Source: a virus
Length of the DNA: 64,000 bases
Virus record (IMG/VR): IMGVR_UViG_3300045988_158900
Strand: one strand, 5' to 3'
Shown: positions 21,590 through 30,758 of the stretch, in pieces
How the letters are laid out: each line of letters starts with the position of its first letter
How positions within the stretch are numbered: the first letter of the stretch is position 1
Notes under the pieces: generated by a model
Told to the model about the DNA's origin: nothing
Databases searched by the model: none
The model's input: the letters and a program-made list of their open reading frames with translations, nothing else
Translations under genes and position numbers: made by a program

Positions 21590-21887
21590 TATGGAAAATA
21601 AACTATTATCAAGAGCCTATAATCGTGATGTATCCAAAAGAAAAGCATTAAGAAAACGCCAAATTGTACGAAATGTTTATCGCTGGAGCGAGAATCCCGA
21701 TTATTATAATAATCTCCATCAATATTCAAAAAATAAAATTCATTGTTCGTGTCCTTGGTGTTCCGAGAAAACGCGGAATAAAGGTCATCGCAGAATTGCT
21801 AAAAATTATAATCGGTCAATCAATTGGAAAAAATCTGATTTAATTAAAATCGAAGCGATGTGCGCTGATTTAAAAGAAAATATTTGA
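21590..21887 (+). CDS. small basic Cys-containing protein, paralog family member 1
   Basis: ORF track; resembles 22095 and 22439 products in composition (KR-rich, CxxC). Confidence 0.45.
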
Positions 21888-21953
21888 TTTTTATTAAAAT
21901 ATATATTATAATATATATATAAAGACTTGAACAGCAAAAACTGGATAGTAAAT

Positions 21954-22034
21954 CCACTCCTTAACTGGTTCGGTAGTTCGAATCTACCCTGGCCCACCAT
22001 ATGGGTCGGTAGCGAAGTGGTCAAACGCGGTGGA
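21954..22034 (+). tRNA. candidate circularly permuted type II tRNA: 3' part with CCA (21954-21999), TAT linker, 5' part (22003-22034)
   Basis: 3' acceptor CTGGCCC-A-CCA pairs with downstream GGGTCGG; anticodon stem strands GTGGA (downstream) and TCCAC (upstream); T arm GGTAGTTCGAATCTACC; long variable arm. Confidence 0.35.
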
Positions 22035-22094
22035 ACCAAATAAAAGAGTCTTGTTTGACAAATTTAAAAAAATATAATATAATATATATAGAAA

Positions 22095-22322
22095 ATGAAA
22101 CAAAGAGTAAGAAAAAAACGCCCTGAACCACCTTGGTATTTTTATTTTGACACTGATAATTGTTATCGTTGTAAAAATAAAAATGGATGTGGCGGCTGTA
22201 AATTTCTAAAAAAATATATTCATACAAAACAAAAAAAAATAAATAAAGGCTCGTACAGTAAATTTGTGTTTTCTAAATACAATCTCGAAAAATTGCTTGA
22301 AAAATTTTTCTTACATATTTAG
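22095..22322 (+). CDS. small basic Cys-rich protein, paralog family member 2
   Basis: ORF track; preceded by promoter copy 22055-22094. Confidence 0.4.
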   Translation: MKQRVRKKRPEPPWYFYFDTDNCYRCKNKNGCGGCKFLKKYIHTKQKKINKGSYSKFVFSKYNLEKLLEKFFLHI

Positions 22323-22335
22323 AGCCTTGTTGTAT

Positions 22336-22421
22336 GCCGCTGTGGTGGAATGGCAGACACAGCAGACTTAAAATCTGCCGACCCTAAAGTCGTACCGGTT
22401 CAAGTCCGGTCAGCGGCACCA
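22336..22421 (+). tRNA. tRNA-Leu (UAA), type II
   Basis: Acceptor GCCGCTG/CAGCGGC; anticodon arm GCAGA-CTTAAAA-TCTGC; long variable arm. Confidence 0.75.
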
Positions 22422-22438
22422 TTTATCATAATAAAGGA

Positions 22439-22756
22439 GTGATTATTATTTCTCGTTCGTATAAGAAAACCCCTTATTGTGGAGACAAGAAATCCAAAGA
22501 TTTGAAACGCTATGCTAATCGAGTTGTTAGACAGCATTTGAAAAATTCTAATGATAAATTGAATTATAAGTCATATCGCAAAGTATATGAATCATGGAAT
22601 ATTTGTGATTTTTGTACTATTGTACCTGATTTTGAAACATATTATAAATTTATGGTAGATCAATGGCATTCACGTCAGATTAATGGCTGGCATGAGCCTT
22701 ATCCTACACGAGAACAAACTCGTAAGGAGTATCGTAAATATTATAAAAACAAATAA
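22439..22756 (+). CDS. small basic protein, paralog family member 3
   Basis: ORF track. Confidence 0.4.
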   Translation: MIIISRSYKKTPYCGDKKSKDLKRYANRVVRQHLKNSNDKLNYKSYRKVYESWNICDFCTIVPDFETYYKFMVDQWHSRQINGWHEPYPTREQTRKEYRKYYKNK

Positions 22757-22888
22757 TTTGACATTTTTAAAAAATTTTTGTATAATATATATAGAAAGTT
22801 AAAGAACTTTCAAAAGCCTTTTCTTTAAATCCCTATCCCCAAAGGTAAGACTGTTTGGCATTTTCAACTTCATAAAGAAAATGCTTAC

Positions 22889-22963
22889 GCAGGTATAGTA
22901 TAATGGCTAATATATCTGGCTTCCAACCAGAGGATGAGGGTTCGATTCCCTTTACTTGCTCCA
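22889..22963 (+). tRNA. tRNA-Gly (UCC)
   Basis: Acceptor GCAGGTA/TACTTGC; anticodon arm TCTGG-CTTCCAA-CCAGA. Confidence 0.7.
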
Positions 22964-23433
22964 TTCCCTTTAATGGGACTATTCATATAATATTGAGAGC
23001 CGTGCAGCAAATTTTTATTAGAAAATTATTTCTACTAAAAAAGGATGATGCTATAATTAATAGCGCTACTTTACGGCTCATGAAGAGTTATCTAAGTGTA
23101 GATGCGATGATGGGGCTCTCGAAAATTACCATTGTCAATTTGAGAACGATAATGTTTAATGAGCCTTTTTTTACTTGCCTTCTTAGGAGGTCATAGCTAG
23201 TAGGAATGTGGCGATTATCGACAAAACATTCGAAAGCAATGAAGAACGGCAGGTTATTTATTGAATAGGTAAAGGCACAAACAGCAATTATTAGATGATT
23301 ATAATTAATGCTAGAAATTTTTAAATCAACGTGCCTTGGTTTTTTTCTTATGCATATTTCCAATTTTTTACCAGTTTTGGTAAATTTTTTCCATTAACAT
23401 GCTCCGTTAGCTCAGTGGTAGAGCAGTAGCCTT

Positions 23434-24170
23434 GGTGGAATCGTATAATGAAATACAATTCCGAACTCGGTCAAAATGGATTAATGAATTTAGTTAAGGT
23501 TTTAAATAACAGTGAAAGGAGCTGATTATTTATGGCTAAAACTAATTCAGAAAATGTATGTAATTTTGTAAAAAACAGAAAAACAAATTTAATTTCATTA
23601 TTTCATAATAAATGTTGTATTTGTGGATTTGATAAATTTCAAGAAGCATTAGAATTTCATCACGTTGACCCCTCTTAGAAAGAATTATCATTGTCTTCAA
23701 ATGTAATGGTATCATTAGAACGACAAATCAATGAAGCAAAAAAATGTATTCTTGTCTGTGCTAATTGTCATCGAGGAATTCATGCAGGATACTATAAAGT
23801 ACCAAACAATTATGAATCTTTATTTGATGAATAGCAGGCTCAATATTTATTAGAAAAAAATCAAGAAATTAAAGAAGGTAAAAAACATTATTGTAAATCT
23901 TGTGGTAAATTATTAAATAATAATTCAATTTATTGTTTAGAATGTAGTCATAAAATTTAGAGAGTGGCAGAACGTCCCACTCGACAAGAATTAAAGAATT
24001 TAATTCGTAATTAGCCATTTACTCAAATTGCTAAAAAATATAATGTTTCTGACAACGCTATTCGTAAATGGTGCATTTGTGAAAAATTACCTACTAAAAA
24101 AAGTTTTATTAATTCATTGACCGACGAACAATGGGAAGAGATATGAGTTCAAATCTCATTTCCACCTCCA
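23434..24170 (+). mobile_element. tRNA-like intron carrying an HNH homing endonuclease ORF
   Basis: Intron starts GGTGGAA-TC-GTAT..ATAC and ends ATGAGTTCAAATCTCAT-TTCCACC-T-CCA (acceptor, D and T arms of a tRNA, with an ORF in place of the anticodon arm); no terminal G, so not a typical group I intron. Confidence 0.45.
23532..24146 (+). CDS. HNH endonuclease (four in-frame TAGs)
   Basis: CCICGFDKFQ..EFHHVDP..N...CANCHRG HNH motif; RBS GAAAGGAG; TGA stop lies inside the intron's T-arm-like hairpin. Confidence 0.6.
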
Positions 24171-24413
24171 TTAAGCTATTGGTCCGGGGTTCAAGTCCCC
24201 GACGGGGCACCATAGGTGAATACGGCACCTAACCCCTTTTAATTTGGAAAATTTGAGACGACAATTCATATATCAACGTTGATAACGGTAAGAAGGTCTA
24301 TCAATCTTGAAAAAGATTAAGGGTTGTGCATATCTTCCCTGATTAGATATATGAAGTGGGGCAACGAGAGGCCCGCCCACTATAATATCGGGCCCTTCAC
24401 CATGGTAGGGAAC

Positions 24414-24478
24414 TCCAATGGTTAGAGAACAGCCTGCAAAGCTGGTGCCTGTCGGTTCGACTCCGACCCCTACCTCCA
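24414..24478 (+). tRNA. tRNA-Cys (GCA)
   Basis: Acceptor GGTAGGG/CCCTACC; loop CTGCAAA; T arm GTCGGTTCGACTCCGAC. Confidence 0.65.
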
Positions 24479-24581
24479 ATAGATAATAAAAGATTTAGGG
24501 ATAGTAGAAATACTATCCTTTATTTGATTTTTATAAAAAATATATTATAATATATTTATAATGATAAAGGAGTGAATTATT

Positions 24582-25142
24582 ATGCCATTAAATAAAGGTT
24601 ATTTAACTGCTAAAACAGATAAGGCTTCTGATGAAGTATTTACTCCTGAATATGCAGTTAAGCCTCTATTAAAATATATCGCATTATATGCTTAGAAGCA
24701 TAATTTTAATCAAAATAATCCTCTGACTATTTGGTGTCCATTTGATAAAGAATTTAGTTATTATGTTAAAACATTATCTACTCTTCCATATGTGAAAATT
24801 ATTTATACTCATATTGATGATGATAAAAATTTTTTCTATTATGAGCCAGATAATTATGATATAATTATTTCTAACCCACCATTTTCTCAAAAAGATGATA
24901 TTTTGAAAAGGTTGTATGAATTAAATAAACCTTATGCGATGCTCTTGCCTATCCCTTCACTACAAGGACAAGCGCGTTTTCCCTATTTGCAAAATATTCA
25001 ATATTTAGGGTTTGACAAGAGAATTAACTATTATAAAGATGAAGCTATGACTAAAACACAAGATGGCGTATCATTTGGTAGCTGTTATTTGTGCAAAGAT
25101 TTTTTACCAAAAGATTTAATTATCGAAGAATTGATTAAATAA
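24582..25142 (+). CDS. N6-adenine DNA methyltransferase (NPPF motif), one in-frame TAG
   Basis: IISNPPF motif IV; AAGGAG RBS; TAG at about 24693 in frame. Confidence 0.55.
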
Positions 25143-25152
25143 GGAGAAAATT

Positions 25153-25356
25153 ATGACTCACGCTTCTCGCAATACTACTACTGGACTTTTGTTTGAACAG
25201 CATACCAAAGGAGAGGCTATTGGTATTCCTCTTCATAAAAAAGAACTGGGAAAATATTATACTGAAAAAACTAAGAAATATTATGCCCTCTCTATGGTGC
25301 GTCCAAGCAAAAGCAACGGGCTACCGGTTGATAAAGAAGAACGCGCAAAGCGCTAG
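25153..25356 (+). CDS. hypothetical protein; the downstream frame-0 ORF (25350-25659) lacks its own start
   Basis: ORF track; RBS AAGGAG. Confidence 0.35.
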   Translation: MTHASRNTTTGLLFEQHTKGEAIGIPLHKKELGKYYTEKTKKYYALSMVRPSKSNGLPVDKEERAKR

Positions 25357-25665
25357 AAGGCCAGTATTTATTTTCTCGTGCGCTAGAACCAGATGAAGCT
25401 TATCTTGATGAAGAAAATAGTATTTTAACTATTTTTGAAAAAAAGTTTCAAGCAACGACTGGAAGCGCTGATGAAAAACTTCAAACATGTGGATTTAAAC
25501 TTCAACAATATCAAAAATTAGCAAAAGAATTAGGAATTGACCAAGTTTATTACATCTATATTTTAAGTGATTATTTTAATTCCAGTTATTATAAAGATGT
25601 TTTAGCTTATATTAAATCTATTCCTAATTGTGATTATTTTTTTGCTTCTGAGGAATAATTTTTAT

Positions 25666-25720
25666 TTGATTTTTTTAAAAAAATATAATATAATATTTAT
25701 AGAAAGTTAAAGATGTTATA
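25666..25720 (+). promoter_or_regulatory. conserved phage promoter copy
   Basis: TTGATTTTTTTAAAAAAATATAATATAATATTTATAGAAAGTTAAAG. Confidence 0.55.
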
Positions 25721-25770
25721 AATTTTCCTCTTGTCCAAGAGGAGTCAAAGAGAAAAAGGAGAATAAAACT

Positions 25771-27300
25771 ATGAGTGATTTTCTGAACGCTATGAAGAAT
25801 GCTACCAATTTCACCTACACTGAAAACGGTGCGTTAACTCACAAGTCTACTGGCACTGACCTGTATGATATGTTCGCACTTGGTGGTGCTATGCGTACTC
25901 GTTCTGACGAGGACGTTATTCTGATGTTCCAGAAGGCATATAAGGAGAATCCTGTATATGCTATGAAGTGCCTGTTTTATCTGCGTGATGTGCGTGGAGG
26001 CCAGGGTGAGCGCCGTTTCTTCCGTACTGTTATGAAGTATATGGCTAAGCATAATACAGATGCAGTTCGTGATATGATTCAGCATATTCCTGAGTATGGT
26101 CGTTGGGACGACCTGTATGTATTCGTTGGCACTCCTTTGGAGAAGGACGCATTTAAGTTCATTAAGGGTCAGTTGGCTCTGGATGTTCAGTGCAAGACCC
26201 CTTCCCTGTTGGGTAAGTGGCTGAAGTCTGAGAATACTAGTTCTGCGGAGTCCCGCAAGCTGGCTCATATTACTAAGACCTATATGGGTATGACTTCTCG
26301 CCAGTATCGTAAGACCCTGTCTATCCTGCGTGCTCGCATCAATATCGTTGAGCGTCTTATGTCTGAAAATCGTTGGGATGAGATTGAGTTTGACAAGATT
26401 CCTTCTCGTGCTGGCCTGATTTATAAGAATGCGTTCGCTCGTCATGACATTGAGCGCGAGAAGAATGGTGCCCGCACCTATGAGGATTTTGCCAAGGACG
26501 CTACCACTAAGGTAAATGCTAAGGCTCTGTATCCTTATGAGGTTGTTGATAAGGCTCTGAACCGCATGAGACATAGCTGGGGCTCTAATACTGTTGCATT
26601 GGATGACACTGATCGTCTGATGATCAATAAGTATTGGGATAATCTGGCTGATTATTTCAATGGCAAGACCTTTAATGGTATGGCTATCGTAGATACCTCT
26701 GGTTCTATGTGTGGCTCTGAGGCTTCTGCCCCCATTAATGTAGCCATTTCTCTCGGTATGTATTGTGCTGAGAAGGCGAAGGGCCCCTTCCAGAATCACT
26801 TTATTTCCTTTGAGTCTAATCCTCACTTCATCGAGGTTGAGGGTGTGGATTTCTGCGATAAGGTATATCGTGTCAGCCGTGCTCCTTGGGGTAATTCTAC
26901 CAACGTCGAAGGCGCATTTGATATGATGCTGGATGTTGCTATTGCTAATCATTGCACTCAGGATGAGATTCCTCAGAACCTGATTGTGATTAGCGATATG
27001 GAGTTTAACTACTGCGTATCTTCTAATGCCTATCGCTCTTCTTGGGGCGGTGGTGGCGTTAATGACACTCTGTTTGAGAAGATGCGTGCTAAGTGGGCGG
27101 CCCACGGGTATACTATGCCTCATCTGGTGTTCTGGAATGTCCAGGCTCGTCAGAACAACATTCCTATGCGCGACGAAGCAAATGTATCCTATGTCTCTGG
27201 TATGAGTCCTGTTATCTATGAGATGCTCCTGAGTGGCAAGACCGCACAGGACCTGATGTATGAAAAGCTGGACAGCGAGAGATACGCTCCTATCCACTAA
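25771..27300 (+). CDS. vWA (MIDAS) domain protein with a large helical N-terminal region; DUF2828/Ro60-like (TROVE plus vWA) architecture
   Basis: MIDAS IVDTSGSM about residue 305; LIVISDMEF strand; 509 aa; GC-richer codon usage (CTG, CGT); RBS AAAGGAG. Confidence 0.45.
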   Translation: MSDFLNAMKNATNFTYTENGALTHKSTGTDLYDMFALGGAMRTRSDEDVILMFQKAYKENPVYAMKCLFYLRDVRGGQGERRFFRTVMKYMAKHNTDAVRDMIQHIPEYGRWDDLYVFVGTPLEKDAFKFIKGQLALDVQCKTPSLLGKWLKSENTSSAESRKLAHITKTYMGMTSRQYRKTLSILRARINIVERLMSENRWDEIEFDKIPSRAGLIYKNAFARHDIEREKNGARTYEDFAKDATTKVNAKALYPYEVVDKALNRMRHSWGSNTVALDDTDRLMINKYWDNLADYFNGKTFNGMAIVDTSGSMCGSEASAPINVAISLGMYCAEKAKGPFQNHFISFESNPHFIEVEGVDFCDKVYRVSRAPWGNSTNVEGAFDMMLDVAIANHCTQDEIPQNLIVISDMEFNYCVSSNAYRSSWGGGGVNDTLFEKMRAKWAAHGYTMPHLVFWNVQARQNNIPMRDEANVSYVSGMSPVIYEMLLSGKTAQDLMYEKLDSERYAPIH

Positions 27301-27320
27301 AACAGAATAAAGTAAAATAA

Positions 27321-27352
27321 GTAGTGTATTAAATACACTACTTATTTTTTTT
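27321..27352 (+). terminator. rho-independent terminator
   Basis: Hairpin GTAGTGTATTAAATACACTAC followed by a T run. Confidence 0.65.
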
Positions 27353-27418
27353 GAATTTGACAAATGCTAATAATTTTAGTATAATAAAATATATATATTT
27401 AGAGAAAGGGTATAATTT

Positions 27419-27715
27419 ATGGCAAAAAAAATTCTTAAAGAAATTTCATTACCTCATGCATTAGTTGTATATTTAGAAAGAGTAGATTATGAAGTAAAAT
27501 CTTATCAAAGTTTATTAACATTTGCGATTAATAATAATTTATATAATTCTGAAAATTTTAAAAAATATGAATAGGAATATCTTGAGAAATTTGTTGAATA
27601 TGATCTATTAAAACAAGAAATTATTAATAAATTTACTCCAGAAGAATACTGTAAATCACCTTGGGAAATTTTTTATCAAAGTGAAAATTTATGTTTTTAT
27701 GAAGGGAGTCTCTAA
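27419..27715 (+). CDS. small protein encoded directly upstream of the radical SAM maturase
   Basis: ATG 27419 after GAGAAAGGG; one in-frame TAG; stop 4 nt before the next start. Confidence 0.4.
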
Positions 27716-27718
27716 ACA

Positions 27719-29032
27719 ATGTATAAAAAAACTTATGATTATGGACATTATTTAGAGCGATTATTTCCAGATGAAAAACGAGATATTAAACATACTGTAA
27801 AAAGTATTACATTTATAGTAACTGAAGACTGTTCTATGCGTTGCACATATTGTTATTAGCATAATAAATCTTCTAATCATATGAATTTTGAAACGGCTAA
27901 AACATTTATTGATTATTTATTATCTGGAGAAAAAGGTTTTGATTCTTATATTGATTCTAAAACTTGCTTAGGATGTATATTGGATTTTATTGGAGGAGAG
28001 CCATTCCTTGAAATAGAGTTAATAGACCAAATTGTCGATTATTTTAGAGAATAGACTTTTAAATTACATCATCCTTGGGCCACTAATTTTAGAATTAGTA
28101 TTTCTTCTAATGGACTTGCTTATTTTGACCCTAAAGTGCAAAAATTTATTGAAAAAAATAAAGATGTTTTATCATTAAACATAAGTATTGATGGGAATAA
28201 AACACTTCATGATAAATGTCGTATTGACACAGAAGGAAATCCTACTTATGATAGAGCAATGGCAGCGATGAATCATTATGTTAATTATTATCATGGATAT
28301 AGAAACTCTAAATTAACCATAGCTCCTGATAATGTTAATTATTTAGCTGATGCTGTTATCGAAATGATAAATAATGGTTATCAAGATATTAATCTTAATT
28401 GCACCTATGAAAAAGGTTGGGAGCCTCATCATGCAACTACATTATATTATGAATTAAAAAAAATTAGTGATTATTTATTAAAAAATAATTTAGAAGATAA
28501 AATTTTTCTCTCTATTTTAGACCCAACTTTTGGTCATGCTTTACCAGAAGATCATTTAATTAAATGGTGTGGTGGTACTGGTTTAATGATAGCTATTAAT
28601 TGGAAAGGTGAAATTTTTCCCTGTCAACGCTATGCAGAAAATTCATTAGGAAATAATCAAATACCTTATACTATTGGAAATTTAAATGATGGAATAGCTG
28701 TTAATCCTATCGAGTTAGAACGAGTAAAATGCTTAGATTGTATTAATCGACGTACTGAATCAACAGATAAATGTTTTTATTGTCCAATTGCTTCAGGTTG
28801 TGGAGAATGTTCTGCTTATAATTATGAAATGTATGGTACTCCAGATAAAAAAGCAACATTTATTTGTATTACTCATAAAGCGAGAGTATTAGCAATCTCT
28901 TATTTATAGAATATGACTCATCAAAAAAATAATAATGTTAATTTATATGAATTAACTATTCCAAAAAAATGGGCATTAGAAGTTATACCCGAAGAAGAAT
29001 ATGAAATGTTATTAAAAATATCTAAGGGGTGA
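27719..29032 (+). CDS. radical SAM/SPASM-domain enzyme (anSME or peptide-maturase-like), three in-frame TAGs
   Basis: CSMRCTYC motif; GGEPFL motif; C-terminal SPASM cysteines CLDC...CFYCPIASGCGEC; ORF 28136..28909 is its C-terminal part. Confidence 0.65.
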
Positions 29033-29039
29033 GAAAGAA

Positions 29040-29741
29040 TTGGTTGATGAATATATAACACCAAAAGTTTTTAATGATTTAAAAAATGCTATCGCTGCAG
29101 AATGCGATCGTCGATGTTATTCAGGAAGTGTTAAAGATGCTTATGGAAGTAAAAGTGGAAAGTATCATAATCTAGTCGCTGATGAAATAATTACCACTGA
29201 AGATTATTTCCAATATAAAAATCCATTACAAGCTATTATTGGGACTCAAGATAGCCAACTTTCTAAAATTTTAGGAGAAAGTAGTATTTCAGCTCTTAAA
29301 GTTAGTGAAGATGTTTTAATAAAATATAAAGATTTATTTAATAAAGAAAATATTTTAATATTATAGGCATTAACTACAATATTAAAAGCTGATCCTATAA
29401 CGGTTACTAATCAAGTAGGAACTCACTGTGCTGCAAGTTGTACTGGACTATGTTATTAGACTTGCACTGGTACATGTTATAATACATGTCGCGGTGGTTG
29501 TAGTGGTGGTTGTAGCGGTGGTTGCAGCGGTGGTTGTGATGGAAGTGGAGGCGGCGGTGGCGGCGATAGCAGCGGTTGTTCTGGCTGTGAGGGTGGTTGT
29601 GGTGGTTTCTGTACTGGAAGCTGTCACAGTACTTGCTCTAATTCTAGCGGCTCTTGCGGTAGATGTGGAAGTGGATGCGATAGCCAGTGTGCAGAAGGAT
29701 GCCGTGGAAGCGCCAGCTCAAGTAGTACAGTACCTGATTAA
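29040..29741 (+). CDS. Cys/Gly-rich repeat protein, candidate precursor substrate of the adjacent radical SAM enzyme; about 108-aa Met-free N-terminal region then about 120-aa CxGxC/GGCSGGC repeat region
   Basis: TTG start 29040 overlaps the upstream TGA (coupling); frame passes through TAGs at 29364 and 29457 into ...CAASCTGLCYQTCTGTCYNTCRGGCSGGCSGGCSGGCDG...CRGSASSSSTVPD; the track's 29428..29751 poly-Val ORF is the wrong frame. Confidence 0.45.
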
Positions 29742-29753
29742 TGGAGATTAAAT

Positions 29754-30023
29754 ATGAGTGTATTAACTAAAAATGAATATCTTTTAACTAAATATTTTAC
29801 TGAATTGCAAATTAATAAATCAGCTAGTGAAAATTTATGTAAAGAACTAATAGAATTATTAGATATTGGAACTGATGTATCTAATGGTTTTTTATTTAAT
29901 AGATTAGCTATGATGTTATTAGGAGAATATCTTACTAATGATGAAATATTTTTCCGCGAATATAAAAAATTAAAATTAAATGTTTATTTTTTATCTGAAG
30001 AACATATTAAAGATATGAAATAG
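29754..30023 (+). CDS. hypothetical protein
   Basis: ORF track; RBS GGAGA. Confidence 0.45.
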   Translation: MSVLTKNEYLLTKYFTELQINKSASENLCKELIELLDIGTDVSNGFLFNRLAMMLLGEYLTNDEIFFREYKKLKLNVYFLSEEHIKDMK

Positions 30024-30044
30024 CGTTTAATTGCTCTAAATCAT

Positions 30045-30320
30045 TTGCATACTGGAGCTCTTAAAGAAGAAGTTATTCCTAATTTAAAAAATTTTATTGA
30101 AGTTATTGAAAAATATGATGATATAAGAGATACTACTCGTAAAGGTATTTATGTTTCTTCTCTAAGTTTTTTGTACCGTCGTAATGGATTAGCTGATGAC
30201 ATTGAATTTACTTATTCTCTAATCAATAAAATTGATGCATTAGATGGTGTTTTAAATAGTGATTTTTCTATTCTAGACAATGTTTTAGGCGGAACGCCAT
30301 ATAATTTTGAGAGAGTTTAA
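30045..30320 (+). CDS. hypothetical protein
   Basis: ORF track. Confidence 0.45.
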   Translation: MHTGALKEEVIPNLKNFIEVIEKYDDIRDTTRKGIYVSSLSFLYRRNGLADDIEFTYSLINKIDALDGVLNSDFSILDNVLGGTPYNFERV

Positions 30321-30334
30321 AAGGTATAATTATT

Positions 30335-30619
30335 ATGGAAATTAAAATTCAAGATATTAATTTTATTAATGAATTACGCAATTTAAGCGCATTAATAGAT
30401 AGCCATAGTTCTGTTTTAACTCAATGTATTGAATCTAAATATAATATCAATAATGATAGTTTCCAAGCTTATCAAAATAAATATGATGAATATTGTAAAA
30501 GATTTAAAGAAAAAAAACAAGAATTAGAAACAAAATATATTATTCCTGTTTTAGGAACTAATATTAAATATAATTGGGAATTAAATTATGACTCTGGTAT
30601 TATAACTGTTAAAATTTAA
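30335..30619 (+). CDS. hypothetical protein
   Basis: ORF track. Confidence 0.45.
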   Translation: MEIKIQDINFINELRNLSALIDSHSSVLTQCIESKYNINNDSFQAYQNKYDEYCKRFKEKKQELETKYIIPVLGTNIKYNWELNYDSGIITVKI

Positions 30620-30628
30620 TTATTTAAT

Positions 30629-30660
30629 AGGCGTATATTTTTTATACGCCTATTTTTTTT
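30629..30660 (+). terminator. rho-independent terminator
   Basis: AGGCGTATATTTTTTATACGCCT hairpin plus T8. Confidence 0.7.
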
Positions 30661-30758
30661 ATATCTACTTATAAATATCTTAAATTGATTTTTTTAAAAA
30701 AAAATAATATAATATATAGTAAATAAATAAAAAATAAATTTTTAAGGAGATATAATAC

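Larger units (their letters stand above)
23401..24212 (+). tRNA. tRNA-Lys (UUU) split by a 737-nt intron after U34 (exons 23401-23433 and 24171-24212)
   Basis: Exon 1 GCTCCGT-TA-GCTCAGTGGTAGAGC-A-GTAGC-CTT; exon 2 TTAA-GCTAT-TGGTC-CGGGGTTCAAGTCCCCG-ACGGGGC-A-CCA; the joined loop CTTTTAA and variable TGGTC match E. coli tRNA-Lys. Confidence 0.55.

Noticed and set aside
23434-24170. Interpretation of the tRNA-Lys insert as a classical self-splicing group I intron
   Set aside because: No G within 13 nt of the 3' splice site (the intron ends ...CACCTCCA). The insert folds as acceptor, D and T arms of a tRNA instead. Left open pending experiment.
25834-27363. 509-aa ORF on the minus strand, antisense to the vWA/TROVE-like gene
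   Set aside because: Mirror-image ORF of a GC-richer sense gene; low-complexity Leu/Ser/Arg-rich translation; no RBS; the sense strand carries the recognisable MIDAS motif.
29428-29751. ORF-track poly-Val protein (VVVVVVAVVAAV...)
   Set aside because: Wrong frame. The adjacent frame, read through TAG, gives a Cys/Gly-rich repeat continuous with the upstream 29040 ORF.
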